Shown: positions 8,684 through 17,753 of the stretch, one piece after another
How positions within the stretch are numbered: position 1 is the stretch's first letter
Layout of the letters: each line of letters opens with the position of its first letter
NCBI GenBank assembly: GCA_035295465.1
Contig: DATGIZ010000025.1
Location: forward strand, 23,767-87,766
Length of the DNA: 64,000 bases
DNA from: Candidatus Binatia bacterium
GTDB taxonomy: Bacteria > Desulfobacterota > Binatia > DP-6
Reading direction: 5' to 3'
Program-made: the position numbers and the translations under genes
Notes under the pieces: generated by a model
The model's input: the letters and a program-made list of their open reading frames with translations, nothing else
Told to the model about the DNA's origin: nothing
Databases searched by the model: none

Positions 8684-10266
8684 GCGGCTGCGTCCCCTCT
8701 CAGAAGGGAACGCTTCGGTGTCGCGAACCGGACCAAGCGGGCGCGTACCTCTCCTGCCTCGTCGCTCCCGAAGAGGACCGCCGAGATGAGGAAGGTGACG
8801 AAGAACGTCCCCCCGCCGCCCAGGATGGCAAGGCCGGCTGCGATCGGGGCACTGGAGACGAGAGTCCCGAAGAACGAGATCACCAGGCGGCCGACGATGA
8901 TCGCCGGCAGGATGGCAGCCACCAAGGGCGCAAGCGATCTGGCGGTGTCTCCCAACGCGAACGGAGCGAAGCCGCGCTGGATTCCCAAGAGGAGGCTCGC
9001 GGCACAAATCCATTGGAGGGTCGCGCAGAGGAGCACGAGTGCGCCGCTGCCGAAGTGCACCGCGACCGGGCGCGCGAGGAGCGCCATCGCGCCCGCATAG
9101 ATCAACTGAACGAACATGGCCGCGCGGGGGGCTTGGGCCGCATACGCGACCTTCGTGAGGTACGTCCAGGCGACGTAGGCCGGCGCTCCGACAGCGAAGC
9201 CGCCGAAGAGTGCGGCAACCAGGGAAGCCGCACTCGCGGTGAGCGCGCCGCGACGGAGGAGGAACACCACGATCGGAGCGCGCAGCAGGAAGGTCGCCAC
9301 ACTGAGCGGCAACGCGAGGAACAGTGCGACGCGCAGACCTCGCGTGCACACGTCCCGGAAGATGGAACGATCGGGGGAGTTCCAGGCGTCGGCAAACCGG
9401 GGGAACAGGACCGTCGCCAGGGCCCCCGGCAGCAGTGACACGAGCTGCACCAGCTTCCAGGCGTAACCGTACGATGCAACCGCCCCACTGGGGAGAACGG
9501 ACAACGCTCGATAGGTGGCCACATCTCCCCATTCCACGAGCAAAATCGTGGCGAGCAGCGGAAGTGACAAGCTCAAAATCTTGCGTGTGCCGCTGTCGCT
9601 CAAGCCGAGCGACCAAGGGAAGCGTGCGTGTCTCGCGCTCATGAGCGGTGCGAGGTGCAGCACGTGCAAGAGGGCGCGCAAGGCAGCGGCAGCCAGCACT
9701 CCCACGACCACGGCCGTGACCGCGGAGTGGGCGCCGAAGCCGATCAGGACACCCGCAAAGACGAGATTCGCGATGATCTGGGAGGCCGGTGCGAGCCAGA
9801 AGATACGATAAGCGTAGAGCAGGCCGGCGGTCGTGCCGGTCCAGATGAACGGTACGTACGTAAGACTGAACCATCGCACGAACCGCGTCGCCGTCTGTCC
9901 GGCCTCAGGCGACAGACCCGGCCCGAGGAGGTGCACGACGGGCTCGGCCCACAGAACGAGGACGGCGGTGATGAGCAGGGTCGGGACCATGAACAGGTTC
10001 GCGGTCGACAGCGCGACGGTCCACCCCTTGGCCTCGTCGCCGGCTGCCCGATATTCGGCGACCACAGGCACGATCCCGTTCGGCAGCAACTGCCAGATGA
10101 AAAGCTGGTTGCCGAGCGCGACGATCAGGGCCCCGACCCGATAGGCGTCAGCAGTCGGAGACGCCCCGAGACTCCAGGCGAGCGCCATCTCGACGGCGAG
10201 CCCCGCGAGCGGGCTAATGATCGCGAGCACACTCAGGCCTGCGACCGACCGAGCGGTGGACGCCAT
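8680..10266 (-). CDS. MOP-superfamily flippase (MurJ/MviN-like, Wzx role)
   Basis: Track ORF 8680..10920 trimmed to MASTARSVAGLSVLAI at 10266. It is polytopic and hydrophobic, with LGASPTADAYRVG ... PVVAEY resembling MurJ N-terminal motifs. Confidence 0.8.
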   Translation of the reverse strand: MASTARSVAGLSVLAIISPLAGLAVEMALAWSLGASPTADAYRVGALIVALGNQLFIWQLLPNGIVPVVAEYRAAGDEAKGWTVALSTANLFMVPTLLITAVLVLWAEPVVHLLGPGLSPEAGQTATRFVRWFSLTYVPFIWTGTTAGLLYAYRIFWLAPASQIIANLVFAGVLIGFGAHSAVTAVVVGVLAAAALRALLHVLHLAPLMSARHARFPWSLGLSDSGTRKILSLSLPLLATILLVEWGDVATYRALSVLPSGAVASYGYAWKLVQLVSLLPGALATVLFPRFADAWNSPDRSIFRDVCTRGLRVALFLALPLSVATFLLRAPIVVFLLRRGALTASAASLVAALFGGFAVGAPAYVAWTYLTKVAYAAQAPRAAMFVQLIYAGAMALLARPVAVHFGSGALVLLCATLQWICAASLLLGIQRGFAPFALGDTARSLAPLVAAILPAIIVGRLVISFFGTLVSSAPIAAGLAILGGGGTFFVTFLISAVLFGSDEAGEVRARLVRFATPKRSLLRGDAAA

Positions 10267-10295
10267 GGACCCGCGTCGCTGCAGCGCCTCCCCCC

Positions 10296-11057
10296 TCACG
10301 CCGCCCCCCGCCCGCTCAGCACGGCCGGGATGGTCCGCACCACGATAGCGAGGTCGAGCCAGAGGCTCCGCCGCCGGATGTACTCGAGGTCGAGACGCAC
10401 CCACTCGTCGAACTTGATCTCGGAGCGCCCTCTGATCTGCCAGAGGCAGGTGAGCCCGGGTGTCACCGCGAGGCGCTGATGGTCGCGCGGGCGGTAGCGC
10501 GCCACCTCCTCGGGGATGGGGGGCCGCGGGCCGACGATGCTCATGTCGCCGCGGAGCACGTTCAGGAGCTGGGGCAGCTCGTCGATGCTCGAGCGGCGCA
10601 GGAAGCGGCCGACCGGCGTCACGCGCGGGTCGTTGCGGATCTTGAAGACCGGGCCGTCGACCTCGTTGAGCGCCTCGAGCTGCTTGCGCGTGAGCTCCGC
10701 GCCGTCGACCATCGTGCGGAACTTGTAGCAGGTGAACTCCTTGCCCCAGCGCCCGCAGCGGCGCTGGCGGAAGAGCACCGGCCCGGGCGACGTGAGGCGC
10801 ACCAGCGCGGCCACGACGATCCACAGCGGCGCGGTCGCGACCAGCAGCGCGCTCGCCAGCGCGCAGTCGAAAACGCGCTTGCCGAGCGCGTAGAGCGGGC
10901 GCTCGGGCGCCGCGATCCACATCCCCTCGATCCCCTCGTGTCTCGCCACCAGCCGCACCGCGGCCGCGCGGGCGCGCTCGCGTGCGGCGCCCGCGGCCGT
11001 CGTTACGCCCTCGTACTCGATTCCACCCATCCCATCCGACATGAAGCGCTCCCCCAT
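10296..11057 (-). CDS. undecaprenyl-phosphate sugar phosphotransferase (bacterial sugar transferase family)
   Basis: KRVFDCALASALL ... CYKFRTM ... DELPQLLNVLRGDMSIVGPRP signature. The start is ATG 11057, or ATG 11042 which has a better-spaced GGAG. Confidence 0.85.
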   Translation of the reverse strand: MGERFMSDGMGGIEYEGVTTAAGAARERARAAAVRLVARHEGIEGMWIAAPERPLYALGKRVFDCALASALLVATAPLWIVVAALVRLTSPGPVLFRQRRCGRWGKEFTCYKFRTMVDGAELTRKQLEALNEVDGPVFKIRNDPRVTPVGRFLRRSSIDELPQLLNVLRGDMSIVGPRPPIPEEVARYRPRDHQRLAVTPGLTCLWQIRGRSEIKFDEWVRLDLEYIRRRSLWLDLAIVVRTIPAVLSGRGAA

Positions 11058-11121
11058 CTCCGTGCTCGTGGACGGCGCGCCGCTCAGCGTGCGGCCCACG
11101 CGGTCCGTGGCTCGGGCGCGG

Positions 11122-13524
11122 TCACCGCACCGGCTCTGCCGGCGGCTCGGCGGCCCTGCGCCCCGACTCGCGTCGCGCGAGCACCTCGGTGACGCCCTGG
11201 TAGACCGGTCCCAGATCGAGGGCGTGCCGCTCGCCCGCCTCGAGCACGCCGTCGGCGGCGGCGAAGTCGCCGCGCGCGGCGTACACGTCGACGGCGAGGC
11301 GGCGGTAGAGGTCGCCGCGGCCGGGCGCGCGGCGCACCGCGAGCCGCAGCGTCTGCTCGGCCGCAGCCTCATCGCCCGCCGACACGTAGTCGCGCGCCGC
11401 GCGCACCAGCAGCGCGTCGCCGCCGTCGCCGCCGGCCTCCGCGCGCAGCCCCGCGGCCGCCGCCGCCCACTGCCCGCGCGCCTCGCGCAGGTCCGCGAGC
11501 TGCCCGGCGATCGCGAGCCGCGCGTCGTCGCCGGCGGGTGCGGCGGCGAGCGCCTGCTCGAGGCCGCGCGTGATCGCGCCGGCCTGCGCCGGATCGAGGG
11601 CGGCGAGCCGCCGTGACGGCCCGCCCGCGTCGGCGAGCGCGCTCGCCGGGTCGAGGCCGAGCGCCGCGTGCGCGTCGAGCCGGGGCCGGCGGAACGCCGA
11701 CTCCTCGAGCTCCGCCAGCGCCGCGTCACGCTCGCCGCGCGCCCAGAGCGCGAGCGCCAGCCGGTCGCGCACGCCGACGTCCCACGGCGCGAGGGCGAGC
11801 GCGTGGCGCAGCGACTCCTCCTGCGCGGCGCCCGGCCCGAGGGCGGCGGCGAGCGCCTCGTGCGCGGCCGCCGACGCGGGCGTGCGATCGACAGCCTGCT
11901 CGGCGAGCGCGCGCGGCGTGCCGTGTGCGACGAGGACGGTGCTCGCCGCCAGCGGCGCGGCGGCGAGAGCGAGCCCGAGGAGCAGCAGCGCCGGCGCCGC
12001 CCAGCCGTGCGCGACGCGCGGTCGCGCGGTGAGCACGAGCAGCGCGAGCAGCAGCATCAGCACGAGCAGGTTCGCCGGGACGCGCAGCGCGGAGTCGACG
12101 AGCCCGCCGGCGAGCGCGGCGGCGACGCCGCCCGAGAGCCCCCAGCGCAGCACGCGCCGCTCGCCGAGCGCCGCGCGCCACTCCGGCACGTCGCCCGCTG
12201 TCCGCGGCACGGCCGGGCCGCGCGCGCGCACGGCGCGCGCGACGGCGAGCGCGAACAGGAGCACCAGCACGACCCCGGCGAGCCCGGCCTCGCCCGCCAG
12301 CTCGACGTAGTCGTCGAAGGCGTGATCCCAGCGCTGGACGGCGATCGGCGGCCGCTCGAGCGGGGAGAGCGCGTCGGGCCACGTGCCGAGACCGGCGCCG
12401 AGGAGCGTATGGTCGCGGACCACGCCGAGGCCCTGCGCGGCCACCGCGACGCGGGTGAAGAGGCCGTCGGGCGCGGGCGCCTTGAGGTCGCTCGCCGCCC
12501 AGCGACCGAGCGCAGCCAGGCTCGCGGCCCCGAGCGCGAAGCCCACCAAGATCGGCATCCGCCGCCCGCGCGCGCGGTGGGCGGCGACGCCCGCGCCCGT
12601 CACCGCGAGCCCCGCGAGCAGCGCCGCCGTGGCGGCGGGCGAGCCGGTGGCGTGGTGCGCGACCCCGAGCAGGAGGGCGACGCCCGCCGCCAGCAGCGGC
12701 AGCCACAGCCGCCGCTGGTTCACGGCGAGCGCGGCGAGCCAGGCGCGCTGGCTCGCGTGCCCCCGCGGCCCGAGCGCGAGCCGCCGCCAGAGCCGCCCCG
12801 CCACCACGACCGCGTACGCGAACGCGAGCGGGATCACCGCCCCGAGCCACAGCCCGAGCGCGTCGGGGCTCGGGAAGGTCGCCGCGCTCCGGCCCCGGTA
12901 CGCGGGCGCCTCGAGCGCGCGCAGCACGCTCTCCGTGCTCACCATGCGCTGCAGCAGCGCGAGGCCGGCGAGGAGCACGGCGGTGGCGACGAGCGTCAGC
13001 ACGAGCCGCCCGAAGACGCGCGCGCGCGGATCGCCGCTCGCCGGCGCGGGCTCCCACGGATACGCGACCAGCACCGCGAACACGCCGAGCGCGGGCGCGA
13101 GCCGTGCCAACGTGAGCCGCACCGCCTCGGGGTCGAGCGCGAGCGGCCGCCACACCGACCAGCCGCCGCCCCCGGGCCACCCGGGGAGCACGGCGCGGTA
13201 CGTCGCGGCCGTCGCCGGGGCGAGCGCCTCGACGAGCGCCGGCGGCAGCGGCACGGTCGTGAGCAGTGCCAGCGCCACGAAGGCGACGAGCGCCCCGAGC
13301 CCCGCGGCGCGCGGCACCTCGCCGCGCCGGCGGCGCGCACGCACCGTGAGCGCCAGCGCCGCCAGCGCCAGCGGCGTGGTGAGGAGCAGCGTGACGGGCG
13401 GGACGCCGCCGAGCAGCAGCGGCACGGCGACCACCAGCGTTTGGACCAGGAGCAGCACGCGCCGGTCCTCGCGCGCGCGCGCGGCAGCCACCGTCTGCCA
13501 CAGCACCGTCACGTCGGTCGTCAT
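11122..13524 (-). CDS. O-antigen ligase/Wzy-like polymerase with C-terminal TPR-like domain
   Basis: 800 aa. The first ~520 aa are polytopic membrane protein. The C-terminal ~270 aa are Ala/Leu-rich helical repeats (ALALAPWDVGVRDRLALALWARGERDAALAELEE). ATGA overlap with the wzc-like stop. Confidence 0.75.
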   Translation of the reverse strand: MTTDVTVLWQTVAAARAREDRRVLLLVQTLVVAVPLLLGGVPPVTLLLTTPLALAALALTVRARRRRGEVPRAAGLGALVAFVALALLTTVPLPPALVEALAPATAATYRAVLPGWPGGGGWSVWRPLALDPEAVRLTLARLAPALGVFAVLVAYPWEPAPASGDPRARVFGRLVLTLVATAVLLAGLALLQRMVSTESVLRALEAPAYRGRSAATFPSPDALGLWLGAVIPLAFAYAVVVAGRLWRRLALGPRGHASQRAWLAALAVNQRRLWLPLLAAGVALLLGVAHHATGSPAATAALLAGLAVTGAGVAAHRARGRRMPILVGFALGAASLAALGRWAASDLKAPAPDGLFTRVAVAAQGLGVVRDHTLLGAGLGTWPDALSPLERPPIAVQRWDHAFDDYVELAGEAGLAGVVLVLLFALAVARAVRARGPAVPRTAGDVPEWRAALGERRVLRWGLSGGVAAALAGGLVDSALRVPANLLVLMLLLALLVLTARPRVAHGWAAPALLLLGLALAAAPLAASTVLVAHGTPRALAEQAVDRTPASAAAHEALAAALGPGAAQEESLRHALALAPWDVGVRDRLALALWARGERDAALAELEESAFRRPRLDAHAALGLDPASALADAGGPSRRLAALDPAQAGAITRGLEQALAAAPAGDDARLAIAGQLADLREARGQWAAAAAGLRAEAGGDGGDALLVRAARDYVSAGDEAAAEQTLRLAVRRAPGRGDLYRRLAVDVYAARGDFAAADGVLEAGERHALDLGPVYQGVTEVLARRESGRRAAEPPAEPVR

Positions 13525-15851
13525 GCGCGTCCCTCGAGCGCCGGCGGCGCGGCGGCGTAACCGTCGTAGCGGCTGTAGAGGAGATAGAGGTCGTCCCAGC
13601 CGAGGTCGACGTTGTTGACGACCGCGCCGAGCACGTGCGCGTTGGCGAGCACGAGCTGGTCACGCGCGCGGCGCACCAGCTCGCGCGGCGTGTCCTGGCC
13701 CTTCACCACCAGCGCCACGCCGTCGGCCTCGCGCGCGAGCACGACCGCGTCGGTGACCGGCAGCGCCGGCGGCGAGTCGATCACGATGAAGTCGTAGACC
13801 TCACGCAGGTCGTCGAGCAGCGCGCGCATGCGCGCGGAGCTGACCAGCTCGGCCGGGTTCGGCGGCGCCGGGCCGGCGGGCATGAGCGAGAGCCGGGGCG
13901 CGTCGAGCGCGTGCGTCGCCCGCTCGGCCGTCGCCTGGCCGGTGAGCACGGTCGAGAGCCCGGGCTCCGCGGCGACGGCGAAGGCCCGGTGGCATCCGGG
14001 CCGGCGGAGATCCGCGTCGAGCAGCAGCACGCGCGCGCCGCCTTCGGCGAGCGCCGTGGCGAGGTTCACGCACACGACGGTCTTGCCCTCGCCCGCGCCC
14101 GCGCTGGTGACGAGGATCACCTTGGGCGGCGTGCCCGGCGTCGAGAAGAGCACCGCGGTGCGCAGGCTGCGGAACGCCTCGGCCACCGCGGAGCGCGGCT
14201 CGCGGTGGACGACGAGCTCCGTGTCGTCGGCCGCGTGGCCGGCCGCGACCCCGGCCCGCCGGCGGCTGCTCTCGCGCGCGAGCCGGAAGTTCGGGATGGC
14301 GGCGAGCGTCGGGAGCTGGAGGAGCCCCTCGACCTCGTCGCTGCTCTTCACGCTGCGGTCGAAGTACTCGCACCCGAACGCCGTGCCGGCGCCCGCCATC
14401 ACCCCCGCGACCAGGCCGAGCGCGAGAAAGAGCGGGACGTTCGGCTTGTCGGCCTTGAGCGGCACCTCGGCGCGCTCGACCACGCGGACGTTCGAGGCCG
14501 CGAGCTGGGAGTTCACCGCGGTCTGCACCTGCTGCTGGAGCAGCGACTCGTGCAGCGCGTGCGCGGTGTCGACGTCGCCCTTGAGCAGGTCGTAGCGCGC
14601 GCCGAGCTCGGTGAGCGCGATCGCGCTCTTCTCGAGCTCGTCGAGCTTGCGGTGAAGCGCGTCCTCGCGCAGCTTGGCCGCGTCGTACTGCTGGCGCACG
14701 CCGGTGACGTGCTTCTGCACGAGGGCGGTGAGCTGCTGGGCCAGCTCCGCCTCCTGGCGCCCGAACTGGACCATCTGCTCGTGGTTGGGGCCGAGCCGGG
14801 CGGCGAGCGCGGCCCGCTGCGCGCGCACGTCGAGCAGCGCGGCCTGGAGCTTCTGGATGCCCTCGTCGTCGAGGAAGTAGGGCAGCGGGTCGCTGCCTGG
14901 CTTGGCGAGGAACTCGTAGCGTGTCTCGAGGCCGATGCGCTCGCCCTCGGCGGTCGTGAGCAGCGTCGACAGCTCGCCGATCTTCTGCGCCACGACCTTC
15001 TGCTCCTGGTTGACCGCGACGTTCGGGTGCTCGGCGGCGAACTGCTCGAGGGCGCGCTGCGCCCGCTCGAGGTTCTCCTCGGACTCCTTGAGCTGGCGGC
15101 CGAGGAAGTCCTTGGCCGTGACGTGGGTGGCGAGCTGCGCCTCGTCGTTGGCGGCGAGGTAGGCCTGGGTGTGCGCCGCGGCGAGGAACGCCGAGAGCGT
15201 CGGGCTCGGGGTCGTGAACGTGATCTGCACGAGGTCGGTGCCGCGCACGTCCTTCACGTCGAGCCACTTGAGGTACTGGTCGAGGAGCTTCGGGTCGGCC
15301 GGCGGCGCGGTGCGCCAGCGGTCGTCGGCGGGCGGCACGACCGCGCCGTCCCACCCGCGCGGGCGAAACGCGCCGGCGTCGGCCGTGTCGAACGCGAGCG
15401 CGGCGGGCGCGCCGGGGCTCGGATGGCGGAAGGCCGGGTTGTCGGCGAGGTGGTGGCTGCGGATCACGCGCTCGGCCAAGTCGCGGCTCTGGAGCACCTG
15501 CACCTGCGTCGAGAGGAATGCGGACGACCCGTTCACCACCCGGTCGCTGTCGTCGACCTTGAGCACGTTGTCCTCGAGGCGGAGCTGGATCGGGGACTGG
15601 CGCGAGACCTGGAGCGTGGTCGAGGCGGTGTACTTCCGCGGCACGAGAAACGTCACCGCCACCGCGAGGCCGAACACGGCGGCGAAGCTCGCGCCGGCGA
15701 GCCAGCGGTACTTGACCAGCACGCGCAGGCGGTCGCGGAGGCTGCGGCCCGAGCCCTCGCTGAACTCGGCGTCGATCACCTCGCCCGGCGCGGCGGGTGG
15801 GCCGCCGGGCAGCACGTGCGTCGAGGGGAGCCGGTCGCTCGGCGTCGCCAT
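13521..15851 (-). CDS. polysaccharide co-polymerase / BY-tyrosine autokinase (Wzc-like)
   Basis: Wzz-type N-terminal TM and long coiled coil. Walker A VTSAGAGEGKT and LLDADLRRP motifs, and a Tyr-rich tail LYLLYSRYDGY. Confidence 0.9.
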   Translation of the reverse strand: MATPSDRLPSTHVLPGGPPAAPGEVIDAEFSEGSGRSLRDRLRVLVKYRWLAGASFAAVFGLAVAVTFLVPRKYTASTTLQVSRQSPIQLRLEDNVLKVDDSDRVVNGSSAFLSTQVQVLQSRDLAERVIRSHHLADNPAFRHPSPGAPAALAFDTADAGAFRPRGWDGAVVPPADDRWRTAPPADPKLLDQYLKWLDVKDVRGTDLVQITFTTPSPTLSAFLAAAHTQAYLAANDEAQLATHVTAKDFLGRQLKESEENLERAQRALEQFAAEHPNVAVNQEQKVVAQKIGELSTLLTTAEGERIGLETRYEFLAKPGSDPLPYFLDDEGIQKLQAALLDVRAQRAALAARLGPNHEQMVQFGRQEAELAQQLTALVQKHVTGVRQQYDAAKLREDALHRKLDELEKSAIALTELGARYDLLKGDVDTAHALHESLLQQQVQTAVNSQLAASNVRVVERAEVPLKADKPNVPLFLALGLVAGVMAGAGTAFGCEYFDRSVKSSDEVEGLLQLPTLAAIPNFRLARESSRRRAGVAAGHAADDTELVVHREPRSAVAEAFRSLRTAVLFSTPGTPPKVILVTSAGAGEGKTVVCVNLATALAEGGARVLLLDADLRRPGCHRAFAVAAEPGLSTVLTGQATAERATHALDAPRLSLMPAGPAPPNPAELVSSARMRALLDDLREVYDFIVIDSPPALPVTDAVVLAREADGVALVVKGQDTPRELVRRARDQLVLANAHVLGAVVNNVDLGWDDLYLLYSRYDGYAAAPPALEGRA

Positions 15852-17417
15852 CTAGAAGATCGCTCCCGTCCCGTAGGCGCCGAAGCGCACGAGGCTGTAG
15901 ACCAGCTCCCAGGCGCCCCAGGGCACGAGCTTCGGCGCCGAGTACGGCACGCGCACCACGTCGCCGTCGGTGACCGGCACGTCCCGCGTGCGGCCGTCGG
16001 CGACGGCGGCCAAGTCAATCGTGAACAGCCGCTCCTCGCCGGGGGCGAGCACGCGCTTGACGGTGACCTCGTGGAGGTTCGCGGGGAAGAGCTTCCCGCC
16101 CGCCGCGGCCACCGCGCCCGACACCGTGAGGCCGCGGGTGACCGGGTAGGAGCCGGGCTTGTCCACCCAGCCGTCCACCTGCACGTTGCCGGCGGGCGCG
16201 ATGCTGATGACGTCGCCCACGCGCACCTCGGGGTTGGTGACGCTCGCGGGCTGGCCGGTGGCGTGCAGGAGCGCGTCGAGGTCGAGGCGGATGGGCGGGC
16301 CGCCGCTCGCCGGCGGCGCGGGCTCGGTCACCGCGGCGGGCAGGACCGCGGCCGGCGTCGTGTCGCCGACGTCGGCGACCACGGTGGCACCGTCGGCGCG
16401 CACGCCGTGGGCGAGGCCGTCGGCGCCGAGGTCGATCACCGCGCGCAGCCCGCCGTCGCGCGCGGCCGTGCGCACGGCGGGCACCACCGGGTCGCCGGTG
16501 GGAAAACGCTCGCCGACGGTCGCTGCCGAGGGGCCGGCCAGGTCGATCACCAGCCGCGGCGGCGCCGCGAGCACGAAGTCGCGCACGCCGTCGGGCGGGC
16601 GCGAGAGCGCGATGGTCACGCGCCGCCCGGCGCCGGCCGGCTCGACGCGTACGCTGCGCACGCCGAGCGCGACGGCGCTCGGCTCGGTCGCCGCGGCGCG
16701 GGTGATGCCCGCGTCGGGTGCGGGAGCCGCGGCGGCGGCGGGCCGCACGCCCACGGCGTCGCCGCCGGCGGGCGCGAACTCGACGATCCGCCCCGCGTCC
16801 TTGCTCGGACCGCCGGCCGCCCAGATCATGTCGGCGACGGTTGCACCCGCCTGCGTGAGCGGGTACGGCCCGGGCCGCTCGACGCTGCCGACGACTGCCA
16901 CCACGCGCGCCCGGTACTCGGCGACGAGCACGCTCACGTGGGGATCGCGGAGGATGCCGCGCGCGACCAGCGCGTGCGCGATCTCCTGCTCGAGCGCGCT
17001 CGCGGTGCGCCCCGCGGCCTGCACCGTGCCGAGCATCGGGATCGTGATCGTCCCGGCCGCGTCGACGCGCAGGCCGCGCTGGAAGACCGGCGTGCCGGCC
17101 ACGACCGCGCCCGCCGGCACCGCGCCCGTCGGGGCCGCGAGCGGCGGTTCGGGGGGCACGTCGAGGAGGTCGGGGATGCGGACGTCGAGGAGGTCGTCGG
17201 GGCCGATCAGGTAGCCCGCCTCGGCGGGGTGCGCCGCGCGGGCGGCGACGAGCGCCTCCAGCCGAGCGCCGTCGCGCCCGCCGACGAAGTCGCCGGCCGC
17301 CGGCGGCAGGTCGCCCGCGCGGTTGCGCGTGCCCGCACAGCCCGCCGCCGTGAGCGCCCCGAGGAGGAAGGCGAAGGCTGCGGAGCGCGTCACGGATGAT
17401 GCAATCGTGCAAGACAC
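15852..17417 (-). CDS. outer-membrane polysaccharide export protein (Wza/OPX-like) with inserted AMIN-like domain
   Basis: Lipobox LTAAGC. Poly_export-like YLIGPDDLLDV ... TIPMLGTVQAAGRT segment and two SLBB-like segments. aa ~250-350 has the RLVIDLAG ... LRAVIDL pattern of AMIN domains. The start is GTG 17417 or GTG 17393. Confidence 0.85.
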   Translation of the reverse strand: MSCTIASSVTRSAAFAFLLGALTAAGCAGTRNRAGDLPPAAGDFVGGRDGARLEALVAARAAHPAEAGYLIGPDDLLDVRIPDLLDVPPEPPLAAPTGAVPAGAVVAGTPVFQRGLRVDAAGTITIPMLGTVQAAGRTASALEQEIAHALVARGILRDPHVSVLVAEYRARVVAVVGSVERPGPYPLTQAGATVADMIWAAGGPSKDAGRIVEFAPAGGDAVGVRPAAAAAPAPDAGITRAAATEPSAVALGVRSVRVEPAGAGRRVTIALSRPPDGVRDFVLAAPPRLVIDLAGPSAATVGERFPTGDPVVPAVRTAARDGGLRAVIDLGADGLAHGVRADGATVVADVGDTTPAAVLPAAVTEPAPPASGGPPIRLDLDALLHATGQPASVTNPEVRVGDVISIAPAGNVQVDGWVDKPGSYPVTRGLTVSGAVAAAGGKLFPANLHEVTVKRVLAPGEERLFTIDLAAVADGRTRDVPVTDGDVVRVPYSAPKLVPWGAWELVYSLVRFGAYGTGAIF

Positions 17418-17753
17418 AGCAGGTGCGCGAGATCGCTATGTACCGTCGGTCGTCAACGAGCCGCGGTCCGCCGTGGTGCGGAGCGCGGGAGTGCCGTGCG
17501 TTGGGGTCGGGAATAGCAACGGCTGTGCCCATCGCCGTGCGCAGCGCGGTCGGAGGCATGGGCAGGCGACCGGAACGAGCGATCACGTCCAGGAACGGGT
17601 GGAGACGCGTCACCCCGCTCACATCAAGGCAAGAAAGACGGGAGGCAGGATCACTCGTTTCCGGGAGGTCGGCTGCCCGATCGGGCGGCACGCTGCTGCC
17701 TCTTTGCGCCGCGTGTGGCAGGACCCGGGGCGGACGGTGTAGCATCCCCGCGC

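Noticed and set aside
6704-11729. N-terminal extensions of track ORFs 6704..9874, 8680..10920 and 10296..11729 (also 17396..19618, 57075..59297 and 58439..60013 elsewhere)
   Set aside because: The extensions run through the upstream gene in another frame and are Arg-rich. Internal starts give ATGA overlaps or short gaps to the upstream stops, and sensible N-termini (signal peptide, TM, Rossmann motif).
11668-17745. Long ORFs 11668..13560, 11726..13663, 12383..13618, 13635..17399 and 16015..17745 overlapping the polymerase, wzc-like and wza-like genes
   Set aside because: These are shadow frames of well-supported EPS genes with extreme Arg/Ala/Gly composition.
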